From NCBI GenBank assembly GCA_902617895.1, contig CACMYJ010000005.1, positions 25,588 to 89,587 of the forward strand: a stretch of DNA of 64,000 nucleotides. The letters run 5' to 3'. Shown piece by piece: positions 47,740 through 57,437 of this stretch (the stretch's first letter is position 1; the number at the start of each line of letters is the position of its first letter). Position numbers and translations under genes: made by a program. The stretch is from an uncultured Pelagibacteraceae bacterium (GTDB taxonomy: Bacteria; Pseudomonadota; Alphaproteobacteria; Pelagibacterales; Pelagibacteraceae). Below the pieces are notes generated by a model. It saw nothing but the letters and a program-made list of their open reading frames with translations. It was not told the origin of the DNA and ran no database searches.

Positions 47740-48996
47740 TTACATATTATCTAATACTGAATCAGCCAAAGCATTTGCTGCATCAACTGAAGACATGTCA
47801 GAATTAAAGTGTTCTGTAATCACATCTTGTAAAGCAGCTTTCATAGTATTACCTTGAGCCATTCCATGAGCAAAACTTGGAACTAATCCACCACTTGCTC
47901 CTGCAGTTTTGATGTCAGAATTTGATGTTTTTGCACATTTATCAAATTCATCCATTGGTACATCTAAACGTGCTGGAATTGATCCTTTGTATAAGTTGAA
48001 AACTTTTTGGAAGTTTTTACCCATCATTAATTTAGCTAATAATTTTTGACCTTCTTGTTTGTCTGGGTCACTTGTTTTGTAGAATATAAAGCTATCTACA
48101 TTGTACAAGTATCCATTATTAGATGGAGTTGCTGCACAATAGTAATCTACACCTGGTACTTTTCCAGCAGCAGTAAATTCACCCTTTGCCCAGTCACCCA
48201 TAATTTGGAAACCAGCTTTTCCTTCAATAACCATTCCAGTGGCAACGTTCCAATCTCTTCCTGGGCTACCTTCATCAGTGAAACCTTGAAGTTTTCTCAT
48301 TTGATCAAAAACTTTTACAGTTGTCTCACTTCTTAAACAAGTTTCTTTAAGATCTACATAACAGTTTTTGTAATAGTTATTTCCACCAATACCCATAGCT
48401 ACTGCTTCAAAGACTGTTGCGTCTTGCCAAGCTTGACCACCATGTGCAAAAGGAATGATACCTGCAGCTTGAAGTTTTTCTGCTGCTGCATTTAATTCAT
48501 CCCAAGATGTAGGAACTGAAATTCCATTAGCATCGAACACTGCCTTGTTAGCCCACATCCAATCAATTCTATGAATGTTTACTGGAGCCGCACAATATGG
48601 ACCACTGTTATTCTGACATTTATGAACTGCAGCAATCATAGGATCTAATAATCCATCCCAACCTTCTGCTTGAGCAATAGGATCAATATTGTATGGAGCA
48701 ACTACTCCTTCTTGATCATATTCTTGAATTGTTGGACCTTTAATTTGAGAAGCTGAAGGAGGATCTCCCGCAACTATTCTTGCTTTAAGTGCAACGTTAG
48801 CTGCATCTCCACCACCACCTGTTACAGGCATGTCTAACCATTCACCACCGTTTGCAGCGAAATCATCTTTTAATACTTTAAGTGCAGCTGCTTCACCACC
48901 TGATGTCCACCAGTGCAAAACCTCAATTTTTGGTCCTGCAAAAGAAGATGTAGAAGTGAATGCAAACGCAATTAAAGCAATTAGCATTTTTTTCAT
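47740..48996 (-). CDS. Glucose/mannose-type ABC substrate-binding protein
   Basis: EVLHWWTSGGE, PVNIHR, QIMGDWAKGEF, KGSIP.R, PS.AH. Confidence 0.88.
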   Translation of the reverse strand: MKKMLIALIAFAFTSTSSFAGPKIEVLHWWTSGGEAAALKVLKDDFAANGGEWLDMPVTGGGGDAANVALKARIVAGDPPSASQIKGPTIQEYDQEGVVAPYNIDPIAQAEGWDGLLDPMIAAVHKCQNNSGPYCAAPVNIHRIDWMWANKAVFDANGISVPTSWDELNAAAEKLQAAGIIPFAHGGQAWQDATVFEAVAMGIGGNNYYKNCYVDLKETCLRSETTVKVFDQMRKLQGFTDEGSPGRDWNVATGMVIEGKAGFQIMGDWAKGEFTAAGKVPGVDYYCAATPSNNGYLYNVDSFIFYKTSDPDKQEGQKLLAKLMMGKNFQKVFNLYKGSIPARLDVPMDEFDKCAKTSNSDIKTAGASGGLVPSFAHGMAQGNTMKAALQDVITEHFNSDMSSVDAANALADSVLDNM

Positions 48997-49041
48997 ATAT
49001 TTCCCTCTTATTTGTTAAATTAAGTTAACTTAAAAAAAACA

Positions 49042-49071
49042 ATTATAGATTGATTTATTGAAAGACTACAA
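49042..49071 (-). promoter_or_regulatory. Putative sigma70 promoter for the sugar SBP operon
   Basis: Minus strand TTGTAG-N18-TATAAT. Confidence 0.4.
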
Positions 49072-49106
49072 GAAAAAAAAATACAACCAATAATTGATTT
49101 GTAATG

Positions 49107-50009
49107 TTAATAGATTGATTTTCTTCCTAATCTTGCAGCACCTCTTACGCCACTAGCATCTCCGTACTTTGGTTTAAGAAATACACCTTCATACTCTCTG
49201 CCAGTTACAAATTTTCTTACGATAGTTTCGATTTCACTTAAAAAATCAATTTCATTTGAAACACCCCCGCCAAAAACAAAACAATCGGGATCAAGAATGT
49301 TAATTATATTTGCTAAGGACATTGCTAAATTTACTTTAAAATTATCTATTAAATTTTCAGCATCTAAATCATGTTTTCTATATAGTTCAAAGATCTCATT
49401 AGTTTTTAAATTTTTTTTATATTGCTTATTAAATTTTTTAGCTAAACTTAAGCCTGACATAAAACTCTCAATCTCGCCCTCTCTTAGATTGGTAGAATCG
49501 AAATTTTCTTTTTTGGAAATTAAATGGTTAATTTGATTATGTCCCCACTCTCCTGCTACTCCATTTGGTCCACTAACAATTTTTTTGTCTATTACTAGAC
49601 CACCGCCTACTCCTGAGCCAATAATAATTCCATAAACAATTTTATAATGCTTTCCTGCCCCATCTAATGCTTCAGACAAAGCAAAGCAATTGGCATCATT
49701 TTCACAAAATACCTCCTTACCTAATTCTTTTCTTAGATCATTTTGAAATGGTTTTTTTTCTAACCAATAACAATTTGGAGCATTCTTTACTAATCCTGTT
49801 TGAGGTGAATGAATGCCAGGATGACAAACACCTATAGGTAGTTCTTTTTTAAATTCTTTTTCTAACTTATTGTTAATTTCTTTAATGGTTTTTATAATTT
49901 GAAAATAGTCTTTTGGACAATCAGTTCTCTCACGGTGACTTTCGTTTCCTTTTTCATCTAAAACTACACTTTCAATTTTTGTAGCTCCAACATCAATACC
50001 TATTTGCAT
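49107..50009 (-). CDS. ROK family sugar kinase
   Basis: GIDVGATK, ENDANC, GSGVGGG, GEWGH; no HTH domain. Confidence 0.9.
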   Translation of the reverse strand: MQIGIDVGATKIESVVLDEKGNESHRERTDCPKDYFQIIKTIKEINNKLEKEFKKELPIGVCHPGIHSPQTGLVKNAPNCYWLEKKPFQNDLRKELGKEVFCENDANCFALSEALDGAGKHYKIVYGIIIGSGVGGGLVIDKKIVSGPNGVAGEWGHNQINHLISKKENFDSTNLREGEIESFMSGLSLAKKFNKQYKKNLKTNEIFELYRKHDLDAENLIDNFKVNLAMSLANIINILDPDCFVFGGGVSNEIDFLSEIETIVRKFVTGREYEGVFLKPKYGDASGVRGAARLGRKSIY

Positions 50010-50012
50010 AAA

Positions 50013-50762
50013 TCAATAAGTTGCTCTTCCACCACTCAAATCAAAAACAGCAGCTGTTGAAAAAGAATTTTCTTCACTTGATAACCAAGTCACAAGGGAT
50101 GCTAATTCATTAACTTTTGCAAATTTATTTCTAGGAATTTTAGATAACATATAATTTATATGTTCCTCAGTCATTTGATCAAATATTCTAGTTTTTGCTG
50201 CTGCTGGAGTAACACAATTAACTGCAATATTTTTTAATGCTAATTCTTTTCCCAATGACTTTGTTAAACCTATTACTCCTGCCTTAGAAGTGCTGTAAGC
50301 ACTAGCGTTAGGATTACCTTCTTTTCCTGCAATTGATGCAATATTTACAATTCTTCCATAATTATTCTTTATCATGTAGGGGGTCACTGCTTTACAGCAA
50401 TAAAATACTGCATTTAAATTTAGGTCTATAACCTTCTTCCATTCATCAAGTGGATAATCAACTACCGTGGTATTTTTTCCTGCAACGCCTGCATTATTAA
50501 TAAAAATATCAATTTTTTTGTGTGTTTTTTCAATTTTAGCTAAATTTTTTTCTATATTCTCATAATTTCCGACATCGACAATTTGGTATGAAACCTTATC
50601 TGAATTAATTTTTTTTGTTGCAGTTTTAATTGCCTCTTCATCTATATCCCAAATTACAACACTTGCTCCTGAAGCAATAAATCTCTCCGTAATAGCCAAA
50701 CCAAAACCTTGCGCTCCACCTGTAACAACTGCAACTCTATTTTTTAAGTCAAAATTGATCAT
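50013..50762 (-). CDS. SDR oxidoreductase, possible 2-keto-3-deoxy-L-rhamnonate 4-dehydrogenase type
   Basis: TGGAQGFG, ASIAGKEGNPN, YSTSK, C-terminal DLSGGRATY. Confidence 0.75.
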   Translation of the reverse strand: MINFDLKNRVAVVTGGAQGFGLAITERFIASGASVVIWDIDEEAIKTATKKINSDKVSYQIVDVGNYENIEKNLAKIEKTHKKIDIFINNAGVAGKNTTVVDYPLDEWKKVIDLNLNAVFYCCKAVTPYMIKNNYGRIVNIASIAGKEGNPNASAYSTSKAGVIGLTKSLGKELALKNIAVNCVTPAAAKTRIFDQMTEEHINYMLSKIPRNKFAKVNELASLVTWLSSEENSFSTAAVFDLSGGRATY

Positions 50763-50763
50763 G

Positions 50764-52236
50764 TTATTTTTTTTGTTTTTTTGACCTTAATAAAGGAAAA
50801 GCTAATGCAATTAAAGATAAAATAAAAAAAGTTAAAGCTATTGGTCTAGTTAAGAACATAAGCCAATTTCCATCAAATATAACTAAAGATTGTCTTAAAG
50901 TTCCCTCAACTAATTCTCCTAAAATTAATCCTATAATTACTGGGACCACTGAAAATCCAAATCTTCTCATAAAAAATCCGAGCACACCAAAAAATAACAT
51001 AATCCAAACATCAATTATTGACTGACTTAAAGAATAAGTACCACACACAGATACAGCAAATATCATAGGCCATAAAATTTTGTTAGGAACAAGAGTTATT
51101 CTTGCAAATAATTTTGCACCAAAAAATCCAAAAATAAAAAATAAAACATTAGCAATTAACATTGCCCCAAAAATTCCATACAAAAAGTCTGGTTGCTCTC
51201 TAAACAGATCTGGACCTGGTCTTACACCATGAATTATAAGTCCAGTTAATATGACTGCTGTTGTAGCACTTCCAGGTATTCCTAATGCTAGCGTTGGAAC
51301 CATTGCACCACCTGTAGCAGCATTATTTGCTGCCTCAGCACCGGCAATACCTTCTATTGACCCTTTTCCAAATTCTTCTGGCTCTTTAGAAAATCTTTTT
51401 GCTTCTGAATAACCAATTAAGGATGCTACAGTCCCACCCTCAGCTGGCAAAACTCCAATAAACGAACCAATACCACTAGATCTTAGAATAGTTTTCCAAG
51501 TTTTTTTATAATCATTTAAGGATGGAAGTTTTACCGCTTTTAGTGCAACTCTTTTAAAAACCTGATCAAGAAGTGTAGACTGAGTTAACATTTCGCTTAT
51601 AGCAAATAAACCTACTACAACTGGTATAAATCCTATTCCTACAGAAAGCTCATTTATACCATAAGTAAATCTATCAATTGAAGTCATGAAATCTTTTCCA
51701 ATAGTAGAAATTAAAATTCCAAACGCACCAGCGATTAAATTTTTGATCGGACTTCCTTCACCAATTGATGCTAGCATTGTTAAACCAAAAATAGCTAACG
51801 CAAAATATTCTGGTTGACCAAATTCATAGGCAAGTTGAGCTAAAACAGGTGCAAAAAATACCAAAACTATTACGCTAAAAATTCCACCCACTGTGCTTGA
51901 AACTGTTGCCATACCTAAGGCTCTTCCTGCTTCCCCCTTTTGAGCTAAGGGGTAACCATCTAAACAAGTGGCTGCTGCTGCTGGTGTCCCAGGGGTATTT
52001 ATTAAAACTGCAGTGATTGCACCGCCGTATGTTCCAGCACAGTAAATTGATGTTAAGAGAACTATTGCTGAAAGAGGGTCTAAAGTCATAGTAAATGGTA
52101 AAATTAATGCACCACCAGTTGTAGGGCCTAATCCTGGTAGAACGCCTAAGATCAGTCCAAATAAAGTCCCAAAAATTAAAACAATTAACAACTTAGAACT
52201 AAACAAAGGTGCCATCATTAATAAAAGATTGTCCAT
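50764..52236 (-). CDS. tctA: Tripartite tricarboxylate transporter large subunit
   Basis: GVLPGLG, NTPGTP, EAANNA, LALGIPGS. Confidence 0.93.
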   Translation of the reverse strand: MDNLLLMMAPLFSSKLLIVLIFGTLFGLILGVLPGLGPTTGGALILPFTMTLDPLSAIVLLTSIYCAGTYGGAITAVLINTPGTPAAAATCLDGYPLAQKGEAGRALGMATVSSTVGGIFSVIVLVFFAPVLAQLAYEFGQPEYFALAIFGLTMLASIGEGSPIKNLIAGAFGILISTIGKDFMTSIDRFTYGINELSVGIGFIPVVVGLFAISEMLTQSTLLDQVFKRVALKAVKLPSLNDYKKTWKTILRSSGIGSFIGVLPAEGGTVASLIGYSEAKRFSKEPEEFGKGSIEGIAGAEAANNAATGGAMVPTLALGIPGSATTAVILTGLIIHGVRPGPDLFREQPDFLYGIFGAMLIANVLFFIFGFFGAKLFARITLVPNKILWPMIFAVSVCGTYSLSQSIIDVWIMLFFGVLGFFMRRFGFSVVPVIIGLILGELVEGTLRQSLVIFDGNWLMFLTRPIALTFFILSLIALAFPLLRSKKQKK

Positions 52237-52237
52237 A

Positions 52238-52744
52238 CTAGTAATAATAAAGGTTTGTAATTATTCCTGGAGGAAATCTAAGTCCCAATATCATTTCAAA
52301 AAATATGAAAACCACTAATGGAAACAAAATTCCAACTAATAATAAATAAAAAATTCTCTTTTCACCCCAATTGTATGAAACAAATATTGAGAGTACTGAT
52401 ATAGCTAAGAAAAAGTCTAATGTTTTAGAAATTATAATAAATAAAATAAAACTAAAGATTGTTAAAAAAAATGGTTTTGGAAGTTTTTTTTCTTTTTTCC
52501 AAGGATTTTTGAATGAAAGATAATAAATAACTGCAGTTAAAAACATTATCAATACTAACAATCCTTTTGGGAAAGTAGCAGGTTGTATTCCTCTATTTAA
52601 AATTGGAGGAACCTTATCAAATGTAAAAGTAGTTACTAATAATATTGTCGAAACAAATATAATTACAAAAAAAACTTTAAATTCATCTTTAAAAAAAAAG
52701 GGCAAACTTTTGTTTGCCCTTTTTTTATTTCGTACATTATTCAT
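52238..52744 (-). CDS. tctB: Tripartite tricarboxylate transporter small subunit
   Basis: Four TM segments; PATFP and F..ILG..FP.G; lies between tctC and tctA. Confidence 0.82.
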   Translation of the reverse strand: MNNVRNKKRANKSLPFFFKDEFKVFFVIIFVSTILLVTTFTFDKVPPILNRGIQPATFPKGLLVLIMFLTAVIYYLSFKNPWKKEKKLPKPFFLTIFSFILFIIISKTLDFFLAISVLSIFVSYNWGEKRIFYLLLVGILFPLVVFIFFEMILGLRFPPGIITNLYYY

Positions 52745-52764
52745 TAAAATGTACTTTCTTATGA

Positions 52765-53739
52765 CTAATTAATGTAACCCAAAGCTTTAAGTTGAGCAGT
52801 CATCTCTGCAAGCATGACTTCCATTTGCTTGCCCCACTCATCAGCTCCAACAACACTAGTTGAATCAAGGCCGATATCAGTTAAAAAACTTTGGAAATAT
52901 TTATGTTCCATTGCTTTAATCATTGCATCTTCAAGTTGTTTTTTTCTATCGCCTGGAACACCTTTTCTTGTTACAAAACCTCTAACTGTTGAAAGCACAA
53001 CTGGTATTCCTAACTCAGTGGCAGTAGGAACATTACTTAATTTTTCCATTCTGTTACTAGCTAGTACAACTGAAACACATAATGTGCCATCTTCAATTTC
53101 TGTCACAGCTTCTCCCAAGTTTAAAACACCTACATCAATATCTCCTTTGATAAGATTAGTTTTAATAGGACCAACACCTTTATAAGGAACAATTGTTGGG
53201 TCTGTTAATTTTCCTTTTTTTGTAAAAGCGATAGCACTTACATCATCAATACCACCAACGTGAGTAGTACCATATTTTAATGATTTTGATTTTTGAGCGC
53301 TAATAAATTTTTTAGCATCTTTAATATCATTTTTACAATTTACGACAAATAATTGAGGATCATCAGTTCCTCTAGCAAGTGGTTGCATATCACTTAATTT
53401 AACTTTTGTTTTTCCTAATGCCATAGAAACAGCATGTCCTGTAGTCCAAGTTAAAGTATGTTGACCATCTGCTGGTAAAGTCATCATGTAATCCATAGAT
53501 GCAGCTCCACCACCACCTTTCTTGTTAACTAATTGCATATCTTGTTTTAGATACCTTCTAGTTCTTAACAACATCATTCTAGTAGTTACGTCTGTACCAC
53601 CACCAAAACCAGCGTGTGTAATAGCTTGAATTGGGTGACCATCTGCTTTTGCAGAGGTAATCATAAGTGGAAGTGCAACAACAAAAAATTCAGTTACCAA
53701 AAATGCGGCAGCTAAAAATAATTTAAAACTTTTTTTCAT
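52765..53739 (-). CDS. tctC: Tripartite tricarboxylate transporter substrate-binding protein (Bug/TctC)
   Basis: GGGTD..R, NKKGGGG, VPYKG, VPTATELG; signal peptide ending AKA-DGH. Confidence 0.88.
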   Translation of the reverse strand: MKKSFKLFLAAAFLVTEFFVVALPLMITSAKADGHPIQAITHAGFGGGTDVTTRMMLLRTRRYLKQDMQLVNKKGGGGAASMDYMMTLPADGQHTLTWTTGHAVSMALGKTKVKLSDMQPLARGTDDPQLFVVNCKNDIKDAKKFISAQKSKSLKYGTTHVGGIDDVSAIAFTKKGKLTDPTIVPYKGVGPIKTNLIKGDIDVGVLNLGEAVTEIEDGTLCVSVVLASNRMEKLSNVPTATELGIPVVLSTVRGFVTRKGVPGDRKKQLEDAMIKAMEHKYFQSFLTDIGLDSTSVVGADEWGKQMEVMLAEMTAQLKALGYIN

Positions 53740-53811
53740 TATTTCCCTCTTTTTTAGTTAATTTATATTTAAATATATAAACATAATCTGATACATAGCG
53801 TAAAGTAAAAA

Positions 53812-54807
53812 ATGGCTCAAAATAAAATTAACATAGCAGTTCTTTTAGGGGACCCTTCTGGTATAGGACCAGAATTGGTCTCAAAACTATTGTCAGAGGA
53901 AATCACTAACAAGGCTAATTTAATTGTCATAGGTGAAAAAAATATATTAGAAAGTGGAAATAAAATTTCAGGGAAATCACATAATCTAAATTTTGTAGAA
54001 GATTTCGATAATATTGATTTTGCTAAGGGTGATAAATTTTTTCTAGATATCTCTAATGGTAAAAATCATAATTATAAATTATCTGAGTGCTCTAAAGAGG
54101 CGGGAGAAAGCGTCTTAGCTTCTCTAAATTTAGCTTTAGATCTTGCTAAAGAAAATAAAATTCATGCAATAAACTTTGGACCTTTTAATAAAACAAGCCT
54201 TAAACTTGGAGGAAATAAATATTCCGATGAATTACATTTAATGGCTGAAAAGTTAGAGGTTAAAAATTTTTTTTGTGAATTTAATGTTATTGATAATTTT
54301 TGGACAGCAAGGGTATCATCACATATTCCAATAAAAGAAGTTCCAGAACATGTAAAAAAGGAAAAAATAATTAAGCCAATTAAACTTATAAATGAAGCTA
54401 TGAAATTAAATGGTATTAAAAGTCCAAGAGTAGCAGTTCAAGCACTGAATCCTCATGCTGAATTTGGAACTGAGGAAAAAGAAGAAATTATACCTGCAAT
54501 AGAAGAGGCAAAAAAACTAGGTATTAATGCTGATGGACCTTTGCCGTGTGATACTTCTTTTATTACTGCTTATAAAGATGGAAATCATGATTGTATTGTT
54601 GGTATGTATCATGATGCTTTACAATCAGGTTTAAAAGCATTTGGATTTGATCGAGGAGTAACAGTTCAAGGAGGTTTACCTTTACCTATTACCACTCCTG
54701 CTCACGGTACAGCATTTGATATTGCAGGTAAAAATGTGGCAAATTTAGAACCTACTTTGAATTCCTTTAAAATTGCATTAACAATGGCAGAAAATAAAAA
54801 CAATTAA
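53812..54807 (+). CDS. PdxA-family decarboxylating dehydrogenase (catabolic PdxA2/TphB-like)
   Basis: GDPSGIGPE, NPHA, GPLPCD, MYHD, HGTAFDIAG. Confidence 0.85.
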   Translation: MAQNKINIAVLLGDPSGIGPELVSKLLSEEITNKANLIVIGEKNILESGNKISGKSHNLNFVEDFDNIDFAKGDKFFLDISNGKNHNYKLSECSKEAGESVLASLNLALDLAKENKIHAINFGPFNKTSLKLGGNKYSDELHLMAEKLEVKNFFCEFNVIDNFWTARVSSHIPIKEVPEHVKKEKIIKPIKLINEAMKLNGIKSPRVAVQALNPHAEFGTEEKEEIIPAIEEAKKLGINADGPLPCDTSFITAYKDGNHDCIVGMYHDALQSGLKAFGFDRGVTVQGGLPLPITTPAHGTAFDIAGKNVANLEPTLNSFKIALTMAENKNN

Positions 54808-55983
54808 ATGTCTAAAATAAAAAGTATTCGTACCAAGGTATATCAATGGAATGGTAAGACAGTTCCTCCGCAAAACAATTTTTGCACAAATGCATCAGAC
54901 CTTTTGTTTGAAAAATCAGATGCTATGGGCTCTTTTAGGTTTCATGAATGGTTAATATGTGAAGTTGAAACTGATGATGGAATAATTGGAATTGGAAACG
55001 CGGCACTCGCACCTCAATTGGTTAAAAAAACAATCGATACTTATTTAACGCCGTTAGTACTAGGTGAAGATCCTTTTGATTATTCTTATATCTGGGAAAA
55101 AATGTACAGAAGAACGCATGCGTGGGGAAGAAGAGGTTTGGGTATGGTAGCTATTTCTGCAATTGATATTGCGCTCTGGGATATAATGGGAAAGATTACA
55201 AATAAACCTGTATTTAAATTATTAGGTGGGAGAACAAAAGAAAAAATTCCTGTTTACGCATCTAAACTTTACAGCCAACCAATAAAGGACTTGCAAAAAG
55301 AAGCTGAAAGCTATGTTAAGCAAGGTTTTAAAATGTTTAAAATGAGATTTGGGTGGGGGCCAAAAGATGGACCTGATGGCATGAAAAAAAATATTGAGTT
55401 AGCTGAAGCAGTTAGAGAAGTTATTGGATATGATACTGACTTAATGATGGAATGTTATATGGGTTGGAACCTGGATTATGCAAAAAGGATGATACCAAAA
55501 TTGGTAAAATTTAACCCTAGATGGTTGGAGGAACCAGTTATAGCAGACGATATTCATGGATATGCTGAATTAAATAATATGAATGCAATTCCAATTTCTG
55601 GTGGAGAACATGAATTCAACTTATTTGGGTTTAAACAATTGTTGGACATTAAAGCAGTCAGTTATATTCAATATGACAATAATAGAGTTGGTGGATTTAC
55701 AATTGCAAATAAGATAAATGCAGTGGCAGAAGCTTATCAGGTACCAGTTATTCCTCATGCTGGTCAAATGCATAATTATCATTTAACAATGTCAAATTTT
55801 AATTGTCCAATATCTGAATTTTTTCCTGTCCATGACGTAGAAATTGGCAATGAATTATTTTATTATATATTTGAAGGTGATCCTGCCCCTGAAAATGGAT
55901 ATATAGATTTAGATGATAATAAACCAGGTTTAGGTTTAACAATTACCGATAAATTTAAGTCTGATTTCAAAATTATAGAATAG
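54808..55983 (+). CDS. Enolase superfamily acid-sugar dehydratase (L-rhamnonate dehydratase-like)
   Basis: [31 protein letters not shown]. Confidence 0.82.
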   Translation: MSKIKSIRTKVYQWNGKTVPPQNNFCTNASDLLFEKSDAMGSFRFHEWLICEVETDDGIIGIGNAALAPQLVKKTIDTYLTPLVLGEDPFDYSYIWEKMYRRTHAWGRRGLGMVAISAIDIALWDIMGKITNKPVFKLLGGRTKEKIPVYASKLYSQPIKDLQKEAESYVKQGFKMFKMRFGWGPKDGPDGMKKNIELAEAVREVIGYDTDLMMECYMGWNLDYAKRMIPKLVKFNPRWLEEPVIADDIHGYAELNNMNAIPISGGEHEFNLFGFKQLLDIKAVSYIQYDNNRVGGFTIANKINAVAEAYQVPVIPHAGQMHNYHLTMSNFNCPISEFFPVHDVEIGNELFYYIFEGDPAPENGYIDLDDNKPGLGLTITDKFKSDFKIIE

Positions 55984-56898
55984 CTAATAGACTTCTACTT
56001 CATCTAGATTGGGCATTGCATTAGCTGCTCCGACTCTTGTAGTTGAAATACCCGCAACCTTATTTGCAAATTTTAAAGCATCTTTATCCTTATGATTTTG
56101 AGACAAAGCATACGCAAAGGCTCCATTGAATGCATCACCTGCTCCAGTTGTATCTACAACTTTATCTTTTAAATTAAAGGCATCAATAAAATAGCTTTCA
56201 GAAGAGTTTGCAAAGTAAACTCCTTTTGAGCCTAAAGTTATAACAATATTTTTAACTCCTTTATTAAGAAAAGTTTTTGCAGCTTCTTCAATTTCTATTT
56301 TGGTTTCAACATTTTTTTTTAAATAAAAACTTGCTTCTGTTTCATTAGGTGTAAAATAATCCATACGTTTAAAATCACTCTCATTTATATTTGATGCAGG
56401 TGCTGGATTAAAAATAGTTATAGAACCTGTTTCTTTAGCTTTTTGAAGTGCATAACTAGTTACTTCATAAGGTGTCTCTAACTGAGTTAAAAAAATTTCT
56501 GAATTTTCAATAAAACTTATATTTTTATCAATATCTTTATTAGTTAAAGAACCGGCTGCACCTGGTACAATGTTTATGGCGTTGTCTCCAGTTTTTTCGT
56601 TTATCATTATACCTGCCACACCTGTTAACTGATTTTCATCTTGAATTATTGAGTCTCTATTAATTCCTACTTCCTTATAAAGATTTAATGCCATCTTAGC
56701 ATTTTGGTCATTCCCAATCTTTGTTATAAAATTAACTTGACCTCCAAGTCTAGCTGCAGCAATTGCTTGGTTTGATCCTTTTCCACCTGGACCAACAATA
56801 TGTTTATTGCCTAAAATAGTTTGTCCTTTTTCAGGAATCGCATTAGCTACAAAACAAAGATCGGCAACAAAAACACCAAAAACACAAATAGATTTCAT
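55984..56898 (-). CDS. rbsK: Ribokinase (PfkB family)
   Basis: PGGKGSNQA, NPAPA, PNETEA, DTTGAGDAFNG. Confidence 0.88.
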   Translation of the reverse strand: MKSICVFGVFVADLCFVANAIPEKGQTILGNKHIVGPGGKGSNQAIAAARLGGQVNFITKIGNDQNAKMALNLYKEVGINRDSIIQDENQLTGVAGIMINEKTGDNAINIVPGAAGSLTNKDIDKNISFIENSEIFLTQLETPYEVTSYALQKAKETGSITIFNPAPASNINESDFKRMDYFTPNETEASFYLKKNVETKIEIEEAAKTFLNKGVKNIVITLGSKGVYFANSSESYFIDAFNLKDKVVDTTGAGDAFNGAFAYALSQNHKDKDALKFANKVAGISTTRVGAANAMPNLDEVEVY

Positions 56899-56901
56899 TT
56901 A

Positions 56902-57363
56902 TTATGTCCAAACTTTTCCGTCTGGTAAAATTACACCCTTGGTAAGCACAAAACATCCAAATGGCCTAGCATCTGTGGTAGTTACTATACAATAAGCTTT
57001 TTTTGCTTCCTCATAAAAATCTTTTCTAGAAATTGAACCAACTTTCCAATTTTCACCTGAAACTGTCTTAACTGCTTCAATAAATTCTTTATGAGTTTCA
57101 GTTAATTCATCAGGTTTATCATCTACTTCCATCCTAATAGCTGGTGATCCACCTTTAGATGCAACAAAACTGTCTAATGGAAATACAGATAATATAGCCG
57201 TTGCTGCATCTTTAATATTTACTCCATCAAGACGAATAACTTTTTCGTTAGTAGTGTTTGATGGAAAGTTTGCATCAGCTAAAATTAGCTTTTCACCATG
57301 TCCCATTGACCTTAAATGAAATAGTAATTCAGGGCTCAGCACAGGATTAATATTAATTAACAT
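56902..57363 (-). CDS. RbsD/FucU family mutarotase or pyranase
   Basis: MGHG..LILADANFP, R..FY...K. Confidence 0.9.
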   Translation of the reverse strand: MLININPVLSPELLFHLRSMGHGEKLILADANFPSNTTNEKVIRLDGVNIKDAATAILSVFPLDSFVASKGGSPAIRMEVDDKPDELTETHKEFIEAVKTVSGENWKVGSISRKDFYEEAKKAYCIVTTTDARPFGCFVLTKGVILPDGKVWT

Positions 57364-57387
57364 TTAAAGATTATAGTACATAAAAAA

Positions 57388-57414
57388 AAAGGGTGGAATA
57401 AAATTCCACCCTTT
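57388..57414 (-). terminator. Rho-independent terminator after the SBP
   Basis: AAAGGGTGGAAT-AAA-ATTCCACCCTTT with a poly-T tail on the minus strand. Confidence 0.8.
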
Positions 57415-57437
57415 AAATCGCTATGTAAAACTAAAGA

